From: an uncultured Candidatus Actinomarina sp.
GTDB taxonomy: Bacteria > Actinomycetota > Acidimicrobiia > Actinomarinales > Actinomarinaceae
Assembly (NCBI GenBank): GCA_902634185.1
Contig: CACPJC010000002.1
Span: 96,001 to 160,000, forward strand
Length of the DNA: 64,000 nt
Direction: 5' to 3'
The notes under the pieces are model-generated. The model did no database searches. It saw nothing but the letters and a program-made list of their open reading frames with translations, and was not told where the DNA came from. The translations under genes and the position numbers were made by a program. Each line of letters starts with the position of its first letter. Within the stretch, counting starts at the first letter, position 1. This document shows positions 18,745 through 28,428 of this stretch, piece by piece.

Positions 18745-19323
18745 TTATTCAGTACTAGTTGCTAATTTGTCACCCCAAGCGACATAGCTCCCATAACCTA
18801 ATCCTATTACCATTGCGATCCAGCCAATTCCAAATATTGGTTGAATAGATTCTGGTATTGCATAATCAAAAAATACGTCTGCGCCAGACCAAATAATGAT
18901 TGAAATATAACCAAAGATACTTAAATATTCATAAACTGGTCTAAATATTCCAGTACCTCTCATGGTGAAAACGTAAATCAATGAGTTAAAAGCCCATAGG
19001 AAGTACATTGGAGCAAAACCACCATTATCCGAGTTATATTCTGGTGAAGATATTTCAAGAAGTGTTCCCACAAGGATTACTCCACCTAATATTGCTGAAG
19101 CCTCTCTCCAATAGTCTGGTACCTGATCTTTAACTAGATAATAACCAGCAAGGATTATTGAAAAAAGCGAAAATCCCCATAAAAAATTTACGAAATTTCC
19201 TAAACCGATTGGTACATCAATTTCTCCAAAACCTACAACTAGCAAAACAACATTTATTCCAACAAATCCTAATGAGTTTTGTCTTCCTAGTTGCCCGATT
19301 GGCTGCGTAAAAAATGTTTTCAT
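18745..19323 (-). CDS. Uncharacterised ~6-TM membrane protein, paralog of 19340-19906
   Basis: MKTFFTQPIG..., GADVFFD, GLGYGSY.AW shared with its neighbour. Confidence 0.75.
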   Translation of the reverse strand: MKTFFTQPIGQLGRQNSLGFVGINVVLLVVGFGEIDVPIGLGNFVNFLWGFSLFSIILAGYYLVKDQVPDYWREASAILGGVILVGTLLEISSPEYNSDNGGFAPMYFLWAFNSLIYVFTMRGTGIFRPVYEYLSIFGYISIIIWSGADVFFDYAIPESIQPIFGIGWIAMVIGLGYGSYVAWGDKLATSTE

Positions 19324-19339
19324 ATATTAATTCCTTTCT

Positions 19340-19906
19340 TTAGTTAGTTTCTTCGTAATTTTTCCAAGCATCATAAGTTCCGTAACCTAATCCGACTGTG
19401 AAACCAATAAAAATTATTAAGAACAAGGGTTGAAGTGTTTCCGGTGGTTGAAAATCAAAAAATATATCAGCACCTGTAAAAAATACACCAGCAATTGCCG
19501 CACCTAGTATTAGATACCTGAATATATTTTTATAAATTCCGTCTGTTACAAAATAATTAAATATCAAGTTGAAAAAGAAAAAGAGATAAAATCCTGTTGT
19601 ATCAATCTGAGGCTCATCATTAATAGGTGGATTGGCAATCTCAATAAAGGTAGCAACAAGAATTATAGAAGCTAGTACACCTCCTGAAGTCTTAAAGTAG
19701 CTTGGTACTCGATCTTTTGTTAATTCCCAGTTTCCAAGAATAATTACTGATAGACTTACACCCCAAGTCAGATTAACAATTTCATCAATTGGTCCTCCAC
19801 TAATATCTAAAAAACCAGTAGCAATTTGGTATATATTACAGATGATAAAAACGATAGATTGTTGCTTAGCTTGTTCTCCAATCGGAGCAGTTACAAAATT
19901 TTTCAA
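19340..19906 (-). CDS. Uncharacterised ~6-TM membrane protein
   Basis: TTG start with GGAAGG RBS; MKNFVTAPIG..., GADIFFD, GLGYGTY.AW. Confidence 0.75.
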   Translation of the reverse strand: MKNFVTAPIGEQAKQQSIVFIICNIYQIATGFLDISGGPIDEIVNLTWGVSLSVIILGNWELTKDRVPSYFKTSGGVLASIILVATFIEIANPPINDEPQIDTTGFYLFFFFNLIFNYFVTDGIYKNIFRYLILGAAIAGVFFTGADIFFDFQPPETLQPLFLIIFIGFTVGLGYGTYDAWKNYEETN

Positions 19907-20037
19907 AAAACTTCCTTCCTTAAGTTCCCTCTAAATTGTTAATAAATATGAGCTTCCCCCATACTCAAGCTGATTATATAAAGATATTTGTGAGCTTGTC
20001 GTTAAATTTAAAGAATTTACCTTAAATTTACATTCTG

Positions 20038-21330
20038 TTAATAATTTGAAAGTGCGTCAGCAAGACTATCAATAAGCCTTTGGATATCGTCAATGTTTAC
20101 ACTTTCATTTGGTGCATGAGCATTGCCCTCTTCATCTCCTGCTCCAACCAAAACAATCTCAGCATTTGGAAATTGTTCTGTGAATATATTTGCGAAAGGT
20201 ATAGAACCTCCAACGCCCATAAATGCAACTTCATTATCCCAAAATTTATCGAAAGATTTAATTAATTGTGTTGAGAACTCTTTTTGAGGGTCTACAAGTA
20301 CACCTTTTCCTTTTGCTTCAGGGATAAATTCAACATTTGCATTCCAAGGTGTGTTCTCTTTTATATGTTTATGAAGCATTTCCATTGCATGATCTGGATC
20401 TTCTGTTGGAGGTAATCTCAAACTTACTTTTGCTCTAGCTTTTGGAATAAGTAGATTAACTGATTCTTCTACGGGTGGGGCATCGATAGCTAAAATACTC
20501 AATGCTGGTTCGAGCCATAATCGTTTTGAATAGCTATCCATTTCAAATAAATTTACACCATTAGAAGAAAGGGAGTTTTGTACAAACTCTTCAGATAATT
20601 CATAAACGTCCTGGTCAGTCGGAGTTAATCCATCAATTAATAGTTCCCCTTTTTCATTATGAAATGATGAAATAATTTTACTTAATACCATAAATGCATC
20701 AGGTACAACACCACCTCCAAGACCTGAGTGAACAGGATTCATCTGCTGATCAACAACAATAATTCCATCTACCAAACCTCTTAAAGACGTGGTAATAGTT
20801 GGGACGCCAGATTTAATGTTTCCAGAATCTGCAATGACAATCACATCTGCTTCTAGATCTTTTTTATTTTCCTCTATAAACTCTGCCATGAAAGGAGAGC
20901 CAATTTCTTCTTCGCCCTCGATGAAGATTTTTATATTCACAGGTAGGTCATTTATCAATTTTTTAACAACTTCGTAATGAGTTACAACTCCTGCTTTGTT
21001 ATCTCCTGATCCTCTTGCAAAAAGTCTTCCATCAATAATCTCTGGCTTAAAGGGGTCTGTATTCCATTTATTTATATCGCCAACTGGTTGAACATCATGA
21101 TGTGCATAGAGAAGAACGGTTTTTTTAGATGGGTCTATTTCAGTCTGGGCAAGTACAGCTGGTTTACTATTTTTACTTGAAGTGACCTTCGAATTTAAAC
21201 CAATCTCATTGAATAAATCAGCAATATAATTTGCTGAATCTAATACATCTTTCTGATTTTCATCAAGAGAGCTTATAGAAGGAATCATTACTAAATCGGA
21301 TAGTAATTGTATAATTTTTGTGTTTTCCAT
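20038..21330 (-). CDS. M20 family metallo-dipeptidase
   Basis: YAHHDVQP, ARGSGDNK, EGEEEIGS, HSG, GGSIP, AHAPNE. Confidence 0.9.
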   Translation of the reverse strand: MENTKIIQLLSDLVMIPSISSLDENQKDVLDSANYIADLFNEIGLNSKVTSSKNSKPAVLAQTEIDPSKKTVLLYAHHDVQPVGDINKWNTDPFKPEIIDGRLFARGSGDNKAGVVTHYEVVKKLINDLPVNIKIFIEGEEEIGSPFMAEFIEENKKDLEADVIVIADSGNIKSGVPTITTSLRGLVDGIIVVDQQMNPVHSGLGGGVVPDAFMVLSKIISSFHNEKGELLIDGLTPTDQDVYELSEEFVQNSLSSNGVNLFEMDSYSKRLWLEPALSILAIDAPPVEESVNLLIPKARAKVSLRLPPTEDPDHAMEMLHKHIKENTPWNANVEFIPEAKGKGVLVDPQKEFSTQLIKSFDKFWDNEVAFMGVGGSIPFANIFTEQFPNAEIVLVGAGDEEGNAHAPNESVNIDDIQRLIDSLADALSNY

Positions 21331-21354
21331 ATTAATTTATTGTATTAGAAATAG

Positions 21355-24006
21355 CTATTCGTAGGAAATAGCTTCTAAAATATTCTGCCTTGATGCTCTA
21401 ATTGCAGGAATGATTGCTGCGATTACACCCGAGAGTATTGCAATACCAATCCATAAAAGTGTTTGCTGTGTGGAAACAACAAACTCAGTGAAACCTTGGT
21501 CTTCCAAAGCTTGAATTAAGCTCCAAGCAAAAAATATACCAAGCGCAGTACCAAGAATTGCACCAAATATTGAGATAATTGAAGACTCTATAAACACCAT
21601 GTTTCTGATCTGTTTTCTCAGAGTTCCAATTGCTCTCATTAAGCCAATTTCTCTTGTTCTTTCATAAACAGATAATGACAAAGTGTTTGTAATTCCAAAT
21701 AATGCAACAAAAATAGAAATAGATAAGAATCCATAGATAACATTCAACAATAATTGGATCTGGCTATTTGCCTCTTCAATCAAAGCATCTTGATCACGTA
21801 ATGTTACTCCAGGGTAATGATCTACAATATCATCAAGTTTATTTTTAGTAGCTTCATCTTTGTTTATAACGTTGAAATATAATTCTGTATCTAAAGATTC
21901 GTTTGAGAAAAATTCGTGATTATCCAAAAGAAGAAAAAATTCAGCTGGGGGCTGTGTGGTCCAGTCAAAAATATATTTAACAATAAATTCTTTTTTTCCT
22001 ACTTCAGGTATCGTCAAAGTTACTCTGTCGTTGAGTGAGATATTATCATTATCAGCTTTAAATTTTAAAACCCCAATAGCATTTTGTTCGTAAAAATCCT
22101 CTCTTGAACCAGCAACGTCAATGGTCTTAATGAGATCAAAAACTTCTTTATCAACAGCTCCAAGTATCAATGGTCTATTGTTGTAACCGACAACGGTAGC
22201 TCGTGTTCTTGATAGTTCTGTAACCTCATCAAGTTCTAGCAATTCTTGAGATAGACCTGTTGGAATACCTGGAGATGCAAAAATTTGAGCTGCACTAACC
22301 TGGTAGTCCGCAAGAACAACTTCTTTTACAACTTTCTCTGCTTGTGCTTTAAAGGATGTAGTTAAAACGTTAGCAAGAGATATTAAGGTTAGCCCAATCA
22401 TTAATGCTGAAGCCGTAGAGGCAGTCCTTCGTGGAGTTCTTTTAGAGTTTTCCGTTGCCAATTTACCAAGAATTCCAAAAATAGTGTTATAAATTTTATC
22501 GAAGATAGTAACAAAAGGTTTGGTGATTGAGGGTGTAATTACTGAAATACCAATAAAAATTATGCTTGCGCCTAGGCCTACTTGTTGAAGCACAGATAAA
22601 GATGGAACTCTAAAAAAAGAGTACAAAACACCGAAAAGAATACCTAAACCTGACAATGAGACTGATGATCCAACAATCAATCGTATAAATAATGACTTTC
22701 TTTTTGGAGTTGACTGACTGTCTCTGATGGCTTCAAGTGGGCTTACTTGAGATGCTTTTCTGGCTGGCAACAACGATGAAAATATAGTGACAACTACACC
22801 AATAATAATTCCTGTCACTGCAGCACTAGGAGTTAAAACTAAAGGACCTTCAGGTAGGCCAAAATCAAAATACTTTAGCCCCTCTTTAACAACTACTGAT
22901 AAACCAATGCCAAGTGCAACGCCAAGGCCTGAGCCAATTACTGCCATATATAATGATTCTGAGACAACAAGTCTATAAATCTGTCTCTTAGAAGTTCCTA
23001 AAGCTCTTAACAAAGATAACTCTTTTGTTCTTTGTAGTAAAAGAATTCTAAACGTATTTTGAATAATAAAAGCACCTACAAAGATAGCTATACCTGCAAA
23101 TACGTTCAATATAGTATTAAAAAAATCAAGGCCTTGTTTTATAGAGTCTGCTTGTTCAGCTGCTGCTTCCTGTGCATTAATAACTTCTAAACCTTGACTG
23201 TCGATATTTGAAATAGCACTTCGAACTTGATTTATATCAGCATTTTCATCAACGACAACATTTATAAAATCTACTTCACCTATAGAATCTAAAAGAACTT
23301 GCGCAGTTCTAAAATCAAAAAGAGCAAAAGATGCTCCACCAGGTGACCCCGTATTTGCAAACTCTGCTATTCCAACGATCGTGAAAGTAGCTGGTATAGC
23401 CCCAGCAAGTACAGTAACTCTGTCTCCAACACTAAACCCATTTCCATCAGCTGTTGTTGAGTCCATAACGACCTCTTTGTTATTTGTTGGAGGCTGTCCA
23501 TCAATTATTTCCCACTGTGAGGCATAAGGTGATGTATCCCACGCAGCTCCAAAAGTAGGCGCAAAACCATTTTGAATTAAGATAGTTTCTCTATCACATT
23601 CTGGGTTAAAAGCATGACAATCTTGTCTTGGTCCAAATTTTATGAATTGAGCAAATCCAATAACATCACCCCATGCATCTTTTACACCATCTATGCTCTT
23701 TATTTCATTTATCTTTTTATCAGAAATCTTTTTAAACTCAAATGATATTGGTCCCTGACCGCCATCATCTCCAAAGCCTTGAGCAAAATCTTCCTGGATA
23801 GGCTGAACAACTAGATCGATACCTTCAAATACACCAGAAAATAAATTATCGAATGCATTTTTGTTGCTTTCAGAGAAAATATTTGCAGCAATTATGACTG
23901 AAACTCCAAGAATAATTGATGAGGTTGTCAGAAATATTCTTACTGGATAAGTTTTAAGATTTTTCCAAGCTATTAATAGAAGGGGTCTTTTTGTAAATCC
24001 AAACAT
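21355..24006 (-). CDS. ABC transporter permease (double FtsX/MacB-type)
   Basis: NTFRILLLQRTKELSLLRALG and NTLSLSVYERTREIGLMRAIG. Confidence 0.9.
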   Translation of the reverse strand: MFGFTKRPLLLIAWKNLKTYPVRIFLTTSSIILGVSVIIAANIFSESNKNAFDNLFSGVFEGIDLVVQPIQEDFAQGFGDDGGQGPISFEFKKISDKKINEIKSIDGVKDAWGDVIGFAQFIKFGPRQDCHAFNPECDRETILIQNGFAPTFGAAWDTSPYASQWEIIDGQPPTNNKEVVMDSTTADGNGFSVGDRVTVLAGAIPATFTIVGIAEFANTGSPGGASFALFDFRTAQVLLDSIGEVDFINVVVDENADINQVRSAISNIDSQGLEVINAQEAAAEQADSIKQGLDFFNTILNVFAGIAIFVGAFIIQNTFRILLLQRTKELSLLRALGTSKRQIYRLVVSESLYMAVIGSGLGVALGIGLSVVVKEGLKYFDFGLPEGPLVLTPSAAVTGIIIGVVVTIFSSLLPARKASQVSPLEAIRDSQSTPKRKSLFIRLIVGSSVSLSGLGILFGVLYSFFRVPSLSVLQQVGLGASIIFIGISVITPSITKPFVTIFDKIYNTIFGILGKLATENSKRTPRRTASTASALMIGLTLISLANVLTTSFKAQAEKVVKEVVLADYQVSAAQIFASPGIPTGLSQELLELDEVTELSRTRATVVGYNNRPLILGAVDKEVFDLIKTIDVAGSREDFYEQNAIGVLKFKADNDNISLNDRVTLTIPEVGKKEFIVKYIFDWTTQPPAEFFLLLDNHEFFSNESLDTELYFNVINKDEATKNKLDDIVDHYPGVTLRDQDALIEEANSQIQLLLNVIYGFLSISIFVALFGITNTLSLSVYERTREIGLMRAIGTLRKQIRNMVFIESSIISIFGAILGTALGIFFAWSLIQALEDQGFTEFVVSTQQTLLWIGIAILSGVIAAIIPAIRASRQNILEAISYE

Positions 24007-24734
24007 TAAATGTCGCTTAAGGATGTGACCATTGAAATAATCTCTTCTTGAGTTGGGTCTTCCATATCACTTGCTACTTCTCCATCTTTTAGCATTATTA
24101 CCCTCTCAGCAAAAGATGCAGCGAAAGGATCGTGTGTCACCATAACTATGGTCTGATTTAACTCTTTGACAACAGATTTCATAAAAGTTAATAGTTCCTT
24201 ACTTGATTTTGAGTCTAAATTACCTGATGGCTCATCAGCAAAAATTACTTCTGGCTTGGTTGCCATCGCACGTGCAGCAGCAACTCTTTGTTGCTGACCT
24301 CCTGAAAGTTCATTTGGTCGATGATTTAATCTATCTCCAATATCTACGGTATTAACAATTTGGTTTATCCACTCTTCATCAGGTTTTCTTCCTGCAATTG
24401 AAGAGGGTAGTGTTATGTTTTCTTCTGCAGTTAATGTTGGTATTAAATTGAAAGCTTGAAAAACAAATCCAAAAGAGTCTCTTCTTATTTTTGTTAATTC
24501 TTTGTCGTTAAGGCTTCCTAGGTCAACACCTTTTACAAAGATTGATCCTGAAGTAACTTTATCCAATCCTGCAAGACAGTGGAGAAGAGTTGATTTGCCT
24601 GATCCAGACTGACCCATAATTGCTGTAAATTTATTTTCATAAAAATCAAGATTTACATTGTTTAATGCTGTAACTGATGTTCCATCTTCTCCATAAACCT
24701 TTGTAAGGTTTTTTGCTTCTATTATTTTTTCCAC
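24006..24734 (-). CDS. ABC transporter ATP-binding protein (LolD/MacB-like)
   Basis: GQSGSGKST, LSGGQQQR, ADEPSGNLD, VTHD. Confidence 0.95.
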   Translation of the reverse strand: MEKIIEAKNLTKVYGEDGTSVTALNNVNLDFYENKFTAIMGQSGSGKSTLLHCLAGLDKVTSGSIFVKGVDLGSLNDKELTKIRRDSFGFVFQAFNLIPTLTAEENITLPSSIAGRKPDEEWINQIVNTVDIGDRLNHRPNELSGGQQQRVAAARAMATKPEVIFADEPSGNLDSKSSKELLTFMKSVVKELNQTIVMVTHDPFAASFAERVIMLKDGEVASDMEDPTQEEIISMVTSLSDI

Positions 24735-24812
24735 TTTATAAAGAATAGAAGAGATAAGATTTTTACTTAAATGAATTTTGTATCTTACAGTTTATTTGGT
24801 ATGTTATTAAAT

Positions 24813-24854
24813 ATGAAAAATATAACTAGCTGGAATTGGTGGTCAACTACATAG
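24813..24854 (+). CDS. trpL: Trp attenuation leader peptide MKNITSWNWWSTT
   Basis: 13-aa ORF with 3 Trp codons upstream of a trpB-like gene. Confidence 0.8.
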   Translation: MKNITSWNWWSTT

Positions 24855-24879
24855 GTAGGTGCCCCACTAGTTAGTTCTT

Positions 24880-24904
24880 AAACCGGGCACAGCCCGGTTT
24901 TTTT
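24880..24904 (+). terminator. Attenuator terminator hairpin
   Basis: AAACCGGGC-ACA-GCCCGGTTT plus T-run; GTGCCC (24859-24864) can pair with GGGCAC (24885-24890) as antiterminator. Confidence 0.85.
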
Positions 24905-24960
24905 ATTACTGTCACTGAAATTAAAACTCCGGGCTCAACCCAAATAGCTAAGGAGTAAAA

Positions 24961-26316
24961 ATGAAAAAACAATATAAATATCTACTTAATGAAAATGATA
25001 TTCCCAAACAGTGGTATAACATAGTCCCTGATCTTCCAAACCCTTTACCACCGCAATTAAACCCTCAAACTATGGAGCCTATTGGTCCGGAAGATTTAGC
25101 GCCATTGTTTCCAACGGGTCTTATATTACAGGAGGTTTCTGACCAGAACTATATTGATATTCCAGAGCCTGTTTTGGAATTATATAAGATATATAGACCT
25201 TCTCCAATGTATAGAGCTTTGAGGTTAGAGGAAGCATTAGGTACAAAATCAAGAATTTATTATAAGTATGAAGGTGGATCACCCTCTGGTTCACATAAGC
25301 CAAATACTGCAATTCCTCAGGCTTTTTATAACGCTGAAGAGGGGATTAAGAAAATGGTTACTGAAACAGGTGCAGGTCAGTGGGGTTCTGCGTTATCTTT
25401 CGCATGTCAAGCGTTTGGTATTGATCTTGAAGTTTTTCAAGTAGCAGCTTCGTATGCATCTAAACCTCATAGAAAGACAATGATGGAAATTTATGGTGCA
25501 ACAGTTCACCCTAGTCCATCTGAAAGAACAGATATTGGGAAACAATTCTTATCTCAGGATTCAAATACACCTGGAAGCTTAGGTATTGCAATTTCTGAGG
25601 CTATAGAGGTAGCTAGAAAAGAAGAAGGAACTAGGTATGCCTTGGGTAGTGTTTTAAATCATGTTCTAATGCACCAATCAATTATTGGCTTAGAGGCTTT
25701 AAAACAAATGGAAATGGCAGAAGACTATCCAGATATAATTGTCGGTTGCACAGGTGGCGGATCAAACTTTACTGGATTATTTTCTCCTTTTGCAAAAAAC
25801 AATATGGAGTCAAATAAAAAAACCATTATTAGAGCTGTGGAACCTCAAGCGTGTCCATCTTTGACTAAAGGTGTTTATACGTATGATTTTGGAGATTCTG
25901 TAGGTATGGCACCAGTTGTAAAAATGCATACTCTTGGATCCAGTTTTGTGCCTGACCCCATACATGCTGGTGGTTTAAGATATCATGGCATGGCTCCATT
26001 GGTAAGTGCTATGTATGAAGATAATCTGATCGAGGCCGAAGCAATTGGTCAGCGAGAATGTTTTGAAGCTGGTCAGCTCTTTGCAAAAACTGAAGGTATT
26101 GTCCCAGCACCTGAAGCTACTCACGCTATAGCTTCAGCAATCAGAGCAGTAAAAGATGCTGATCAAAGATCTGAGCAAGTAGCTGTTTTGACAGCAATGT
26201 GTGGTCATGGACATTTTGACATGAAAGCATATGAGAACTTCTTAAGTGGTGAAATAATTGATTATGATTTCCCAGCTGAAAAGGTAAAAGTTGCTTTGGA
26301 GTCAGTCCAGAAATAA
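24961..26316 (+). CDS. trpB2: TrpB2-type tryptophan synthase beta-like PLP enzyme
   Basis: IPKQWYNI, GSHKPNTA, ETGAGQWG, GSLGIAISEA, HAGGLRYHG; no trpA nearby. Confidence 0.9.
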   Translation: MKKQYKYLLNENDIPKQWYNIVPDLPNPLPPQLNPQTMEPIGPEDLAPLFPTGLILQEVSDQNYIDIPEPVLELYKIYRPSPMYRALRLEEALGTKSRIYYKYEGGSPSGSHKPNTAIPQAFYNAEEGIKKMVTETGAGQWGSALSFACQAFGIDLEVFQVAASYASKPHRKTMMEIYGATVHPSPSERTDIGKQFLSQDSNTPGSLGIAISEAIEVARKEEGTRYALGSVLNHVLMHQSIIGLEALKQMEMAEDYPDIIVGCTGGGSNFTGLFSPFAKNNMESNKKTIIRAVEPQACPSLTKGVYTYDFGDSVGMAPVVKMHTLGSSFVPDPIHAGGLRYHGMAPLVSAMYEDNLIEAEAIGQRECFEAGQLFAKTEGIVPAPEATHAIASAIRAVKDADQRSEQVAVLTAMCGHGHFDMKAYENFLSGEIIDYDFPAEKVKVALESVQK

Positions 26317-26772
26317 AGTGGTTATCTCCTTCCACTTCGATACGATAGGGCCTGTTTCTGACAGCACTAATGTATCAAACGTAACGGTTACGGGAATGAG
26401 ATTATCAAAATCTTTAGATGGATAAGATTTTGGTAGCTCGTTCCCGTAAAAAAGTGAGAGATGTGGAATCCATAAACTTGGCCACCCCTCTATATCGATT
26501 ATTGAGTTTTGAAAATTTGTATTATCTGTGGATGTTAAGAAAAGTCGTTGAAAGTAAGTCGTTCCTTCTTGGATTGTATCAAATGTAATATCGAATCTCT
26601 TCTTTGGTATTTTATTAAATACATCCATAGCTGAGAGTTCAGTCTTTAAGTTCGTTACTAGTGTGACGTGTGGATCAAAATATTCTTTACCTTCCTCGAG
26701 TGAAAGGATTTTAATAATTTCCTTTATATCAGATAATTGATTTAGCGATGACTCAACCCATATTGAATACAT
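26302..26772 (-). CDS. 2H phosphoesterase (cyclic phosphodiesterase-like)
   Basis: Two HxT/S motifs: PHVTL and PHLSL. Confidence 0.75.
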   Translation of the reverse strand: MYSIWVESSLNQLSDIKEIIKILSLEEGKEYFDPHVTLVTNLKTELSAMDVFNKIPKKRFDITFDTIQEGTTYFQRLFLTSTDNTNFQNSIIDIEGWPSLWIPHLSLFYGNELPKSYPSKDFDNLIPVTVTFDTLVLSETGPIVSKWKEITTLFLD

Positions 26773-26779
26773 GATTTTT

Positions 26780-27601
26780 CTAGGTTTTAACTCTTTTGAT
26801 CTTACTTATCATAAAAGATAGTCCAAAAATAGATGTAGCAACTAAAGACATGGATGGTCCAGAAGGAAGGTTAAAAAAATAAGATAAATATAAACCTGTT
26901 ACAGAGGAGAAAACGCCAAAAACAATACTAATCCTTATTGATGAATTAAATGTGTTCGTTACAAGTTTGGATGCGGCTGCTGGAATCAGTAGCATGCTCA
27001 AAACTAGTATTATGCCAACAGTTTGTAAGGAAGCTACTATGGCAACAGATAAAAGTATCATAAAGAGATAATTCAAAAAACTTATATTTAATCCTTTTAC
27101 TTCAGCACCTATAGGATCAAATGAATAAAAGAGTAATTGTTTGTAAAAAATTATCATTGTACCCAGTACAACAAGACACATACCAACAACTATGAAAACA
27201 TCAAATGTACTAACTGCCAAAATTTGTCCAAATAGCAAATCTTCCAAATTTATAGTTACGTCGAGTATTGAGATAAGAACAAAACCTAAGGCAAAAAATG
27301 AAGAAAAAATAATTCCTATTGCTGTATCTTCTCCAATATTTGTATTTTTTATTATAAAACCCAAGAAAATAGCTATGAGAACAGAGGCGGGGACTCCTAA
27401 TTCAGAGATACTAAATCCGAAAAAAACACCCACTGCAATAATTGGTAAAGTCGCATGAGCCATGGCATCAGCCATAAACCCCATATTTCTATTTACTGCA
27501 AATGGTCCCAAAAGAGATAACATTGTTCCTGATGCAATAGCAGTAACCAAGGACCTTATCATAAAATCATATTTGAAAGGCTCAAGGATAGCTTCAATCA
27601 T
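26780..27601 (-). CDS. znuB: Zn/Mn ABC transporter permease
   Basis: DAMAHA, DTAIGI, LLFGQIL, SFDP, VGIILV...IPAA. Confidence 0.85.
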   Translation of the reverse strand: MIEAILEPFKYDFMIRSLVTAIASGTMLSLLGPFAVNRNMGFMADAMAHATLPIIAVGVFFGFSISELGVPASVLIAIFLGFIIKNTNIGEDTAIGIIFSSFFALGFVLISILDVTINLEDLLFGQILAVSTFDVFIVVGMCLVVLGTMIIFYKQLLFYSFDPIGAEVKGLNISFLNYLFMILLSVAIVASLQTVGIILVLSMLLIPAAASKLVTNTFNSSIRISIVFGVFSSVTGLYLSYFFNLPSGPSMSLVATSIFGLSFMISKIKRVKT

Positions 27602-28385
27602 TTGTTTCTCCATGACTATTTAAAGTATGATTTTTAAACATTGCACTGTGGGAACCATACATTTCTTCTATCACCTTTTCTGTTAAAACTTCTGAAGGTT
27701 TTCCATATGCGCAACAATGTCTGTTTAAACATAAAACTTCATCAAATCTTTCTTCTAGATTATTAATATCGTGAGTAGCAATTAAAACTGTTTTGCTATC
27801 AAGGTCGTTTTTATTAATTATGTTCATAATGTCTTCTTGAGCACCAACATCTACAGCGCTGAATGCTTCATCAAGTAATATGATTTGTGCATTTTGGGTC
27901 AAAGCTCTTGCAATTAAAACTCTCTGGAACTGACCACCTGATAAGTTGTTTATATTGGTATCAATTTGGTCGAGAAGGCCAACACTTTTCAGTGATGTAG
28001 ATATCTTATTTTTAGATTCTCTATTGTTTGAGTTAAAAAAAGTATTTTTATCTACCAAGCCCATTCCAACAACTTGGTTTACTGTTATTGGAAAACTACG
28101 ATTCATAAAATCTTTTTGAGGCACATAGCTTATTAAACTTTTTGCTTCCTGTGGATTTTTTCCATCTATCTTTATTGAGCCATTAGCTAAAGGAAGTAGT
28201 CCAACTATTGCGTTAAACAAAGTGGATTTACCTCCACCATTAGGGCCAACAACTGCAACTTTTTTTCCTTGATCAATAGAAAAAGTCACATCATCTAAAA
28301 CTAAATCATTCCCAAGCTCAACACACGCCCCATCGGAAACAATAGTTGGTCGACTTTTTTTAGTATTAATTTGTTCAGAGTTCAT
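27594..28385 (-). CDS. znuC: Zn/Mn ABC transporter ATP-binding protein
   Basis: GPNGGGKST, YVPQ, LSGGQFQR, LLDE, THD. Confidence 0.85.
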   Translation of the reverse strand: MNSEQINTKKSRPTIVSDGACVELGNDLVLDDVTFSIDQGKKVAVVGPNGGGKSTLFNAIVGLLPLANGSIKIDGKNPQEAKSLISYVPQKDFMNRSFPITVNQVVGMGLVDKNTFFNSNNRESKNKISTSLKSVGLLDQIDTNINNLSGGQFQRVLIARALTQNAQIILLDEAFSAVDVGAQEDIMNIINKNDLDSKTVLIATHDINNLEERFDEVLCLNRHCCAYGKPSEVLTEKVIEEMYGSHSAMFKNHTLNSHGETND

Positions 28386-28428
28386 ACAGACTCTTTGTTA
28401 GGTTTCTTGTAATTATATTACATTTAAC

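Noticed and set aside
19940-19965. uORF MGEAHIY/hairpin upstream of the ABM operon as a riboswitch or attenuator
   Set aside because: Weak G-U-rich hairpin, no recognisable aptamer or terminator
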